From the IMG/VR virus record IMGVR_UViG_3300029822_000058, positions 1-28,437 of that record: DNA of 28,437 nucleotides. One strand, given 5' to 3'. Below are positions 1-8,447 of the stretch, piece by piece (position 1 is the stretch's first letter; each line of letters begins with the position of its first letter). Origin of the DNA: a virus. Taxonomy: Duplodnaviria > Caudoviricetes. The notes beneath the pieces were generated by a model. The model saw only the letters and a list, made by a program, of their open reading frames with translations. It searched no databases and was not told the origin of the DNA. The position numbers were made by a program, and so were the translations under genes.

Positions 1-54
1 GGGGGTTATGTACAAATGATATTTTCCGCAATCTCACATGATGGGGTGGTATAT

Positions 55-396
55 ATGGCTATTGCAGCTGTAAAGAAAATTATAGAGTCGGACTTGTTCA
101 CCGAAATCAAACAGGATTTAATTGACCAGCTTGACCGCAACTGTACTGTCGGAAAGTATTATACCGACCTTATAGATGACTACATGGATTTGTGGGTAAC
201 AAAAAATCTGCTTATAAGTGATATCCAAAAACGCGGCGCAGTAGTTACATACAACAATGGAGGCGGTCAAAAAGGGCGAAAGAAAAATGATTCCATTGAT
301 CAGCTTATAAAAGTAAACGCTCAAATGTTGAAACTACTGTCTGAAATCGGAATCAAGCCGACACAGACGGATGGTGAGGTTGATGACGAAATGTAA
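55..396 (+). CDS. terS: Terminase small subunit, P27 family
   Basis: LIDDYMDLW...DIQKRG...YNNGGGQKG..KKNDSI...NAQMLKLLSEIGIKP pattern; directly upstream of terL; ATG at 55 follows GGGGTGGT (ORF is open from 16). Confidence 0.9.
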   Translation: MAIAAVKKIIESDLFTEIKQDLIDQLDRNCTVGKYYTDLIDDYMDLWVTKNLLISDIQKRGAVVTYNNGGGQKGRKKNDSIDQLIKVNAQMLKLLSEIGIKPTQTDGEVDDEM

Positions 397-2038
397 ATAC
401 ATCGATGACTACATTGCAAATATCAGGAATGGAACGGTCAAAGCATCGAAAGAACTTATTCAAGCCGCCTATTATATCGAAAAAAAGTTATCACCTGCAG
501 ACGTTTTTATTGATGTGCCGAAAATCGAAAAAGCTATCGAATTGATAGAACGGTATTTTGAAATGAAGCTCCTACCTTGGGAGCTTTTTGTATTGGCGTT
601 GGTTCATTGCTACTACAAATCAGCAGATTCAATTGTATTCGACGAGTTCTATATCATGATGGGGCGCGGCAACGGCAAAAACGGCTTTATTTCTGGTCTC
701 GCGTGGTATCTTACAACCCATTATCACGGCGTAAAAGAATATAACGTAGACATCATTGCCAATAGTGAAGATCAGGCTAAAACCTCATTTGATGATATAT
801 ACGGCATGCTTGACCGCACATGGGACAAGTCTAAGAAGTTTTTTTACAAATCTAAAGTTGAAATTCGCAATCTCAAAACACAATCTTATATTAAATTTAA
901 CACGTCCAACGCTCGCACCAAAGACGGCAAGCGGTCGGCGTGTTTGATTTTTGACGAGAGACACGAATACGAAAACTCTAAAAATATCGGAGTATTTTCG
1001 TCTGGCTTCGGTAAAAGAAAACATAGCCGTATATTCTCGATTACCACAAACGGGTATGTTCGTGACGGCGTTCTGGATGAAGATTTGAGACTAGCCGAAG
1101 ATGTGCTGTCGGGAAGAATCACAAATATTGGACTGTGCCCGTTGATTTATAAAATGGACACGGATGAAGAATGTGATAATCCTGATTTATGGGAGAAAGC
1201 GAACCCTTCATTACCGTATTTTCCTGAGCTCAAAAAGCAGATGGACAAAGATTTCGTTAAGAAAGAGTATGACAAACAAACTGAACTTGATTTTTATACA
1301 AAGCGCATGAACCTTCCGCGCTCTGACCGGGAGGTGCAGATAACCGAATGGGAAAACATTGAAGCAACAAGCGAGCCGATCCCGAGCCTTGAAGGGGAAT
1401 CATGCACCGCCGGCATTGACTATGCAACATTAAACGACTGGGCGGCGGCGAATTTACACTTTGTGATTGGCGAAATGCGCTATGACATTAATCATGCGTG
1501 GATATGTGCACACTCAAACGATTTGAAGCGGCTTAAATGTCCCTGGAGGCAATGGGCAGACGAGGGGCTATTAACTGTTGTCGATGAAAAAGAAATCAGT
1601 CCTGATCTTATTACAGAATGGATCGCGGAAAAGGCAAAAAGCTATGTTATCAAAAAGTTGTTTCTCGACAACAACAAATACGCATTACTGAAAAAATCGC
1701 TTCGGGCAGCAGGTTTTGACGATGACATTCAGAAAAATTTAAAATGCGTCAGACCGAACGATATCATGAAAACCATTCCGGTAATAAGCAGCGTTTTTAC
1801 CAACCACTTATTTGTATGGGGCGAAAATCCAGTTTTGCGCTGGGCAGCATGGAATACAAAACTTGAAAGGCGCGGAGCGAAAGAAGGCACAGACACAGGG
1901 AATTTCTATTACGCAAAAATCGAATCGAAAAGCCGAAAAACAGACCCGTGGATGGCGCTGGTTCATTCTATGGTCGGAGAAGATTTGTTAGATACAAGCG
2001 AAAGTACATTTGACGATTTGCCGGTGATTATTTGTTAA
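371..2038 (+). CDS. terL: Terminase large subunit
   Basis: Walker A-like GRGNGKNG, Walker B LIFDE, ITTNG coupling motif, WEKANPSL, nuclease GID and KTDPWMAL; start may be ATG 383. Confidence 0.96.
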   Translation: MVRLMTKCKYIDDYIANIRNGTVKASKELIQAAYYIEKKLSPADVFIDVPKIEKAIELIERYFEMKLLPWELFVLALVHCYYKSADSIVFDEFYIMMGRGNGKNGFISGLAWYLTTHYHGVKEYNVDIIANSEDQAKTSFDDIYGMLDRTWDKSKKFFYKSKVEIRNLKTQSYIKFNTSNARTKDGKRSACLIFDERHEYENSKNIGVFSSGFGKRKHSRIFSITTNGYVRDGVLDEDLRLAEDVLSGRITNIGLCPLIYKMDTDEECDNPDLWEKANPSLPYFPELKKQMDKDFVKKEYDKQTELDFYTKRMNLPRSDREVQITEWENIEATSEPIPSLEGESCTAGIDYATLNDWAAANLHFVIGEMRYDINHAWICAHSNDLKRLKCPWRQWADEGLLTVVDEKEISPDLITEWIAEKAKSYVIKKLFLDNNKYALLKKSLRAAGFDDDIQKNLKCVRPNDIMKTIPVISSVFTNHLFVWGENPVLRWAAWNTKLERRGAKEGTDTGNFYYAKIESKSRKTDPWMALVHSMVGEDLLDTSESTFDDLPVIIC

Positions 2039-2053
2039 AGGGGATGATAGCGC

Positions 2054-3226
2054 GTGGGATTGATAAGTTGGCTCGCCAGTAAGCTTGGCACTCCGGTGCC
2101 TGTCAATTCGATAGATTTTGATATTGACGAATATATGTCAGCGGTCGGCGATATATATGTCCGAGAAATGGCGTTCTGGGCGGCTACAAACCTCATAGCC
2201 AACGCAATAAGCAAGTGCGAATTTAAAACTTACGAAAACTTTAAAGAGGTAAGGAAAGACAACTATTACCGGTGGAATGTTGAGCCGAACCGCAACCAAA
2301 ACTCAAGCGCATTTATGCATAAGTTGATTGCTAAATTGTACCGAAATAACGAGGTGCTTATTGTTGAGCATGGTGAGGATTTGCTTGTCGCGGATGACTT
2401 TACGCGCAAGGAATACGCATTATACGACAACGAATTTACGCAAGTGACTGTTGGAGATTTTACATTTTCGAAAAAGTTTTATCAAAACGAAGTGATGTAT
2501 TTACAGCTATCAGAAAAAAATACCCGCGAGTTGATTTCCGGGCTGTACGAAAGCTACGCAAAGCTGATTGATTATACCATGAAATCATACCAAAGGTCAC
2601 GCGGCACAAAGGCGAAATTTGAGTATAAAACAATCCCGACAGCCGGAACAGAACAAAGAAAATTGTTTGATGACCTGATCAACGAAAAATTCAAGAAATT
2701 CCTCGAATCAGATAATGCAATCGTTCCGATCGGCGAAGGGCAGGATCTTACAGAGTTCAGCAACTCGAAAACATACTCCAATGAGGGCACGAGAGACATT
2801 CGAGCCATGATTGATGATGTGTTTGCATTTACTGCGCGAGCATTCGGCATCCCTCCGGCATTAATGAGTGGAGATGTTCAAGGCGTCAAGGACGCGCTGG
2901 ATCAATTCCTGACATTCTGCATTGATCCGCTGGCCGACATGTTGCAGGAGGAAATAAATCGCAAGACATATACAAAAGAGCAGTTTCTTCGTGGCGACTA
3001 TGTTCAGATTGATACTAAGCAGATTAAGCATATTGATATATTTTATGCGTCAACATCGATAGATAAACTAATTTCTTCCGGCGTGTTCTGTGTCAACGAT
3101 ATTTTGAAAATGCTTGGGTTGCCAATTATTGATGAAGATTGGGCGTGGGAACATGTGCTAACCAAAAATTATTCACCGTTTGAAAACCTATTGAAAACAC
3201 TGGGAGGAGGTGAGAGTAATGAATAA
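2054..3226 (+). CDS. Portal protein, HK97 family
   Basis: 390 aa after terL; WNVEPNRNQNSSAF, ARAFGIPP, FCIDPL, INRK motifs. Confidence 0.93.
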   Translation: MGLISWLASKLGTPVPVNSIDFDIDEYMSAVGDIYVREMAFWAATNLIANAISKCEFKTYENFKEVRKDNYYRWNVEPNRNQNSSAFMHKLIAKLYRNNEVLIVEHGEDLLVADDFTRKEYALYDNEFTQVTVGDFTFSKKFYQNEVMYLQLSEKNTRELISGLYESYAKLIDYTMKSYQRSRGTKAKFEYKTIPTAGTEQRKLFDDLINEKFKKFLESDNAIVPIGEGQDLTEFSNSKTYSNEGTRDIRAMIDDVFAFTARAFGIPPALMSGDVQGVKDALDQFLTFCIDPLADMLQEEINRKTYTKEQFLRGDYVQIDTKQIKHIDIFYASTSIDKLISSGVFCVNDILKMLGLPIIDEDWAWEHVLTKNYSPFENLLKTLGGGESNE

Positions 3227-3950
3227 GTATTACGCTTTAGCAACAAACGACAGTGTCGCGGATATTTATATATTCGGCGACATTACATCGTGGGAACGGC
3301 TGGAAAGTGACGTGTCCAGCTATACGCTTTCAAAGGAAATTTCCGGGTTGAAAGATACTTCTCAAATCAATGTCCATATCAATTCTTACGGCGGTGAGGT
3401 TGCGGAAGGTTTGGCGATTTACAACTCTTTGAAAAACCATCCCGCGAAAGTTGTAACCATCTGCGACGGGTTCGCGTGTTCCGCCGCAAGCGTCGTGTTT
3501 ATGGCTGGCGATGAACGAGTTATGAACAACGCGTCTCTGCTCATGGTGCATAACGCTTGGATTTTTACCGCGGGGAACTCCGCCCAGCTCCGAAAAGATG
3601 CAGACGACCTTGACACAATCACGCAAGCATCGATTAATGCTTATATGGAGCACATTTCGATTGATGAGGACGGTTTGAAAGAACTTCTCGATAATGAAAC
3701 GTGGATATTGCCGGCCGACGCGTTAGAAATGGGCTTTGCAACTTCGATTATTAACGTTTCGTCTGCTTCGGAGGGCAAAGCGGCCGCGTCTGTCAGGACA
3801 AAATTGTTCCAGTTAGTCAGCCAAGCAAGCGAACCCGAGCAAGAACCACAGCCCGAACCGGAACCGGAATCAACCCCGGAGCCGAAAGAAAATAAAACAT
3901 TAAAATTTTTCAATGCCCTGTTGGGCGGAAAGGATGAAAACAATGACTAA
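3219..3950 (+). CDS. Prohead (head maturation) protease, ClpP family
   Basis: INSYGGEV, GFACSAAS (catalytic Ser), LMVHN (His), ETW...ALEMGFAT; Pro/Glu-rich C-terminal linker; SD GGAGGAGGTG before ATG 3219. Confidence 0.95.
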   Translation: MNKYYALATNDSVADIYIFGDITSWERLESDVSSYTLSKEISGLKDTSQINVHINSYGGEVAEGLAIYNSLKNHPAKVVTICDGFACSAASVVFMAGDERVMNNASLLMVHNAWIFTAGNSAQLRKDADDLDTITQASINAYMEHISIDEDGLKELLDNETWILPADALEMGFATSIINVSSASEGKAAASVRTKLFQLVSQASEPEQEPQPEPEPESTPEPKENKTLKFFNALLGGKDENND

Positions 3951-5445
3951 TCTCGATGCAATGAAAAAGCAAAAGCAGGAACTTTTGCAAAAAATCAACC
4001 AAGCTGTAAAGGACGGCAACGAAGAGGCGTTTGGCGATGCATTTGCCGAATTTACCAACATGCTCCAAGAGGCGGTAATGTCCGAAGCAAAAGGACTTAT
4101 CCAATCCGCAGACAACACAATCCTTGCTGGGCGAGGCGTTCGCGCTTTGACTTCTCAGGAAAACAAGTATTATGAGAAGGTTATCGAAGCAATGAAATCC
4201 AGCAACCCACAGCAGGCGCTCACGCTCGTCGACGAGGCACTTCCGACAACCGTAATCGATGCTGTTTTTGAGGATATCCAAGAAGCACATCCGCTGCTGT
4301 CGGCAATCAACTTCCAAAACACCGGTATTCTGACGGAGATACTTATTTCCACTCAGGATGGACGGCATCTGGCAACATGGGGTAAACTGTGCGATACTAT
4401 CGTCAAGGAACTGACTGCCGGAACTGACGTTATCAACCTTGAGCAAAACAAGCTGTCTGCATTTATTCCGATTTGCAAGGCAATGCTAGAAATTGGCCCC
4501 GCGTGGATTGACCGCTATGTGCGGACGATTCTGCTAGAGTCCATTTCCAACGGGCTGGAAAAGGCTATCATCGTCGGTACCGGCGTTGATGAGCCCGTCG
4601 GTATGACCAAAGACCCGAACGGCGTGTTCCACGCACAAAACGGTTATCCTGACCTAATTGCGGTGCCAATGAATGAAATAACGCCCGAAACCTACGGCGG
4701 ATTGCTCGCTTCCCTGGCGGTTGGTCCCAACGGTCTATATCGTAACGTCAGCGAGGTGCTGTTTATTTGCAACCCCGTTGACTATTACACCAAAATTATG
4801 CCTGCCGTAATGTATCGCTTGCCTGACGGAACGTGGGCAAGCCGATTCCCATTCCCGACCAAGGTTATTCAGTCCGTGTATGTTCCGGCAAACAAAGCTG
4901 TTGTCGGATTGGGCAAAAGATACTTTTTCGGCCTCGGTACCGGCAAGGGCGGCAAGATTGAATATTCCGACCACTACAAATTCCTTGAGGATGACCGCTA
5001 TTATTTGACCAAACTGTACGGCGACGGCAAGCCGCTTGATAGCACGTCGTTTAAGGTGGTTGATATCACCGCCATTCGTCCTGTTGCGCCGATTGTGCGC
5101 GTTGCAGACTATGTTGACGCACGGCTGGCTGAAATTACGCTAACCGACGAGCTGGCCGCTGATGTGAATTTTGGGGTGTTCAACGAGAATGTCCACGCTT
5201 ACTCTTGTGCAATCGCAGACGCAGAATCTGCGGGCGACAACAATGTTGCATCCCTGACCGTGACCGCTAACGATCCCAACGCCACTATTGTGGTTAAGAA
5301 CGGAACAACCACCGTAAGCGAGGCGAACGACGCATATGCTCTAACCCTTGTCGCTGGTGCAAATGTGATCACAATTACATCCACTGTTGGTGACACCGAG
5401 CAAGAAGCGTACGTGCTGGTAATCACCTACACGCCTAAAGCATAA
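3943..5445 (+). CDS. Major capsid protein (HK97 fold) with in-frame C-terminal cadherin-like/Ig-like beta-sandwich
   Basis: Position after protease; N-terminal coiled-coil delta-like region; HPLLSAINF, GPAWIDRYVR, GTGVDEPVGM, EYSDHYKFLEDDRYYLTKLYGDGKP; last ~110 aa are beta-rich (LTVTANDPNATIVV...GANVITIT...YVLVIT). Confidence 0.94.
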   Translation: MTNLDAMKKQKQELLQKINQAVKDGNEEAFGDAFAEFTNMLQEAVMSEAKGLIQSADNTILAGRGVRALTSQENKYYEKVIEAMKSSNPQQALTLVDEALPTTVIDAVFEDIQEAHPLLSAINFQNTGILTEILISTQDGRHLATWGKLCDTIVKELTAGTDVINLEQNKLSAFIPICKAMLEIGPAWIDRYVRTILLESISNGLEKAIIVGTGVDEPVGMTKDPNGVFHAQNGYPDLIAVPMNEITPETYGGLLASLAVGPNGLYRNVSEVLFICNPVDYYTKIMPAVMYRLPDGTWASRFPFPTKVIQSVYVPANKAVVGLGKRYFFGLGTGKGGKIEYSDHYKFLEDDRYYLTKLYGDGKPLDSTSFKVVDITAIRPVAPIVRVADYVDARLAEITLTDELAADVNFGVFNENVHAYSCAIADAESAGDNNVASLTVTANDPNATIVVKNGTTTVSEANDAYALTLVAGANVITITSTVGDTEQEAYVLVITYTPKA

Positions 5446-5630
5446 TGAAAGCAAGGGTATTAAAACCTTTCATCGATAAGAAAGATAGTGTCGCTCGAAA
5501 ACCGGGCGACACTTTTATCTTGTCAAAAGAGAGGTACAAGGAAATCAACTCCACAAAATTTGGAGTGCTGGCTGAAGTGGTCGCCGAAGAGGCCACTGAG
5601 CCAAAAAAGACACCCGCAAAAAAGGGGTGA
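5445..5630 (+). CDS. Small head-associated hypothetical protein (61 aa)
   Basis: TAATG coupling to capsid stop; MKARVLKPFIDK...KPGDTF..SKERY pattern typical of post-capsid small ORFs. Confidence 0.75.
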   Translation: MKARVLKPFIDKKDSVARKPGDTFILSKERYKEINSTKFGVLAEVVAEEATEPKKTPAKKG

Positions 5631-5635
5631 TTTGA

Positions 5636-5941
5636 GTGGCGTTACCTGACGGATTGTTCGAAGCTGTTCGGAATTATCTCGATATAACATGGGATGACAA
5701 GGATAGTGACACAAAGCTGTCCGGGATAATTGAGCGCGGGATGAAGTATTTAAATAAAGCCGCGGGGGAAGAACTTGACTATTCAATCGAGGACAAGCCA
5801 CGCGAGCTCCTTATGGACTATTGCCGTTACGCCCGGTCAAACGCACTAAATGAGTTTCAAACTAACTACCTGCACGAGCTCATATCACTGCAGAACGAAT
5901 ATGAGGTGAAACGGTATGCAGAAGAAATGTCAGAGCTTTAA
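5636..5941 (+). CDS. Head-tail connector/adaptor (HK97 gp6/SPP1 gp15-like)
   Basis: VRNYLDITWDD..D.KL..II..G..YL, ELLMDYCRY pattern; size and synteny. Confidence 0.85.
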   Translation: MALPDGLFEAVRNYLDITWDDKDSDTKLSGIIERGMKYLNKAAGEELDYSIEDKPRELLMDYCRYARSNALNEFQTNYLHELISLQNEYEVKRYAEEMSEL

Positions 5942-6266
5942 TGACGGAGTGGTGACGATCTATTCCATCGCGAACACCGCCGAACCGGGCGAAATGCCGG
6001 TTGACGGTTTAACGTTGTTGGTGTCGTTGAGATACGACGAGCGAATGGTCGGAATAACAAGGTATAACATGGCGCAGCAGTCTAATTTTCGTGTAGATAG
6101 GCTGTTGCGCTGTCCTTTGCGGCCTGACGTTACAACCGAATGCGTTGCAGTCCCGAACGACGGCAAGCAATACGATATTAAAATGATTCAACGCCCGTAT
6201 GACATTGAACCGCCCGCTATGGATTTATCACTCGAAAGGCGGGTGACCGATTATGCAATTGAATGA
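5916..6266 (+). CDS. Head closure protein (SPP1 gp16-like)
   Basis: SFNDGVV...RY..A.Q...DGKQYDIKMIQ...DLSL pattern; synteny. Confidence 0.75.
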   Translation: MQKKCQSFNDGVVTIYSIANTAEPGEMPVDGLTLLVSLRYDERMVGITRYNMAQQSNFRVDRLLRCPLRPDVTTECVAVPNDGKQYDIKMIQRPYDIEPPAMDLSLERRVTDYAIE

Positions 6267-6567
6267 TTTCCGCGACATTTTGCTTGAGGCGGATGGAAAC
6301 ATCACGAAACGATTTGGAGCAGGAACAGGCAATTACACCGTATGGACGCCCGGGGGCATTGACAGAGTAATGTCTGATGACACTGGCGACGAAAATGTTC
6401 AGCGGGTGTACGTTGACCGATATACAAAGCTCGACAATGACCCCGTTGTTCAGGCAATATGGAACGCGCTTGAAAATGCGTTTATTTCATTCGAGTATGA
6501 GCAAGACACCGAAAACGACACCAAATACATTCACCACACATTTACATGTTACATTCAAATAAATTAA
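6253..6567 (+). CDS. Putative tail completion/terminator protein
   Basis: 104 aa immediately before the major tail gene; VYVDRYTK, E.DTKYIH motifs. Confidence 0.65.
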   Translation: MQLNDFRDILLEADGNITKRFGAGTGNYTVWTPGGIDRVMSDDTGDENVQRVYVDRYTKLDNDPVVQAIWNALENAFISFEYEQDTENDTKYIHHTFTCYIQIN

Positions 6568-6580
6568 GGAGGAATATTTT

Positions 6581-7429
6581 ATGACTTATATTGGCAAACC
6601 AATCGGCGCGCGTAAACTGACATGGTTTCCGCTTGTAAGCGACCCCGAGACCGGAGCCGCAACATATGGCGCGCCTGTGAAACTTTCGCGTCTTATAACC
6701 ATAACCGCGACGCCTATCCTAATGGAGGGCATGCTCGAATCAGACGACGGCATAGAAGACGACCTGTCCTATGTGGTCGGTTATGACGTTTCGATTAACG
6801 CTTCACAGTTGACTGATGCAATCCGTTCCGCGTTACTTGGACATGCGCTCGACGATTCAGGAGGCTCTTTAACCGCCGATACAGATGTTGCACAAGAAGG
6901 AGCACTCGCTTGGGAGGAACTTATCTCAAATAATACTTCTGCCACGCCCAAGTACAAAAAGGTTGTGCTTTACAGAGGTAAATTCAAAGAGTTTGCCGAA
7001 ACGGCGAATACAAAGGTACAGGGCGGAGTAACATTCCAGACACACAACATTACCGGACGTTTCTTGCGCCGCAATGACGGGTCGATTAAATATACTCTCC
7101 GCGAAGATACGCCCGGCGCATCCGCCGCAAAGTTGGCCGCATGGTTTGATATCCCGCAAGAAAGTGGCACAACTTTTGAAGAAACAGTCGCTAAGCCTGT
7201 CGCAGATCCCGTAGCAGGAGCCGTTGCAGCCGGAACTAATGTGTCTTTGACATGCGGAACTGAGGGCGCGTCAATCCGTTATACGCTTGACGGAGGCGCC
7301 CCGAACGCAGGAAGCACTATCTATGACGGTCCCATCACAATCAACTCTGCAACAACAATCAAAGCAATTGCTTTCAAATCAGGAATGAATGCCTCTGATA
7401 TTTTCGAGGCGGCTTACACATTATCGTAA
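6581..7429 (+). CDS. Major tail (tube) protein, phi13-like, with C-terminal FN3-associated/CHB_HEX_C-like domain
   Basis: SD AAGGAGG; N-terminal tube domain (YGAPVKL, SDDG, VVLYRGKF, ETANTK); C-terminal VAKPVADP..G...VSLTC.TEGASIRYTLDG..P...ST.Y.GPITI...TTIKAIAFKSG. Confidence 0.9.
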   Translation: MTYIGKPIGARKLTWFPLVSDPETGAATYGAPVKLSRLITITATPILMEGMLESDDGIEDDLSYVVGYDVSINASQLTDAIRSALLGHALDDSGGSLTADTDVAQEGALAWEELISNNTSATPKYKKVVLYRGKFKEFAETANTKVQGGVTFQTHNITGRFLRRNDGSIKYTLREDTPGASAAKLAAWFDIPQESGTTFEETVAKPVADPVAGAVAAGTNVSLTCGTEGASIRYTLDGGAPNAGSTIYDGPITINSATTIKAIAFKSGMNASDIFEAAYTLS

Positions 7430-7438
7430 GGAGGTTAT

Positions 7439-7458
7439 GGGGCGGGTGAAACCGCCCC
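7439..7458 (+). promoter_or_regulatory. GC-rich hairpin between the SD and start codon of the tail assembly chaperone gene
   Basis: GGGGCGG-gtgaaa-CCGCCCC; no U-tract; SD AAGGAGGT at 7428-7435, ATG at 7468. Confidence 0.7.
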
Positions 7459-7467
7459 TAAATCATT

Positions 7468-7959
7468 ATGAAAAATGATATTACTGAATTTTATCCATTC
7501 GAAAATTACGCCACATTTGACCGCGTCAGAAAATTAAAGTGGAATAACAACGCGACATTACAGGCGATTTCATATTTTAACATCGTTCACGGAAAGAAAA
7601 TTACAAGAAACAATCTGATAGAGGGGCTTGCTTCCGGTGCTGTGGAGTATATCATTGCTGCACTTTATGGGGCGCTATGCGCGGCGTCAGAAAAAATAAC
7701 GCTACCGGTATTTAATCGAATTTACAAGTCTGAAAACCTATCCGAATACATTACCGCTGTATATGAAGGCGCAAAAGCAAACGAACCGGAACCAGTCATA
7801 AAAGACACAGGCGCCGACCTTGATACTGACTGGCCGGACACTCAAAAAGAGGTAAAAAAAAAGAAACTTGTGACGACTTCGGCTATTGGCTCTGGTTTGC
7901 AAAAAGTAAAATCGGGCTGTCGCTCGAAGAAATCAAAGAAACGACATACAGGGGGTTAA
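7468..7959 (+). CDS. Tail assembly chaperone (gpG-like)
   Basis: Lies between major tail and tape measure genes; contains slippery A AAA AAG. Confidence 0.8.
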   Translation: MKNDITEFYPFENYATFDRVRKLKWNNNATLQAISYFNIVHGKKITRNNLIEGLASGAVEYIIAALYGALCAASEKITLPVFNRIYKSENLSEYITAVYEGAKANEPEPVIKDTGADLDTDWPDTQKEVKKKKLVTTSAIGSGLQKVKSGCRSKKSKKRHTGG

Positions 7960-8024
7960 TTGCGCTTTATTGGCGTTATTGGGACGATAAAGGCGTCAAT
8001 GTTTATGACGGAGATGATATTTAA
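7854..8024 (+). CDS. Frameshift extension of the tail assembly chaperone (gpT-like part of gpGT, ~185 aa total)
   Basis: A9G run 7854-7863; -1 frame reads ETCDDFGYWLWFAKSKIGLSLEEIKETTYRGLIALYWRYWDDKGVNVYDGDDI*, with TAA 8022-8024 overlapping the next ATG. Confidence 0.82.
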   Translation, partial: KKKETCDDFGYWLWFAKSKIGLSLEEIKETTYRGLIALYWRYWDDKGVNVYDGDDI

Positions 8025-8443
8025 TGGCGAGATTCCACACAGAGGGGCTGGACGATATCATTGATGATATGGCGGCTATGGGCGAATCCACAGGAGAGCT
8101 CGCGGACGAAATGTTGTTTGCAGGTGCAGAGGAAGTCAAAAAGGCGTGGAAAACATCAATTAGAATGCACAAACACATTGATACAGGTGCAATGCTGGAC
8201 AGCGTGGATTATTCCCGAAAAGTAAAACAAATCGGAGATATAAAAAGTGTTGATATATTCCCGCAAGGCAAAGATAAAAAAGGCACGAAAAACGCCCAAA
8301 AAGCCGCAATATTACATCACGGTACATCAAATAAACCGGGTACCCACTTTGTGGACGATGCAGACGATATCGCAGGGCCGATAGTCGAAACTAGGCTCCG
8401 CGATATTTTTGATAATTGGTTAAAAAAACATGGAATGAGGTGA
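8024..8443 (+). CDS. HK97 gp10-like neck/tail-component protein
   Basis: GLDDIIDDM, DTGAMLDSV, HHGTSNKPGTHFV motifs. Confidence 0.85.
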   Translation: MARFHTEGLDDIIDDMAAMGESTGELADEMLFAGAEEVKKAWKTSIRMHKHIDTGAMLDSVDYSRKVKQIGDIKSVDIFPQGKDKKGTKNAQKAAILHHGTSNKPGTHFVDDADDIAGPIVETRLRDIFDNWLKKHGMR

Positions 8444-8447
8444 CTGC

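Noticed and set aside
1-54. cos site at the window start
   Set aside because: The position upstream of terS is compatible, but no end sequence or flanking context is visible
3913-3942. Longer 5' starts in the ORF track (capsid 3913; likewise 14000, 14643, 15123, 19133, 21287)
   Set aside because: Downstream starts have better-placed SD sequences or more plausible N-termini
7171-7182. Slippage at ACT TTT GAA giving a short tail tube protein without the accessory domain
   Set aside because: Only a T4 run, not a heptameric slippery site; no support
7439-7458. Hairpin as an intrinsic terminator; 13-codon ORF from ATG 7437
   Set aside because: No U-tract follows the stem, and ATG 7437 is too close to the SD for efficient initiation
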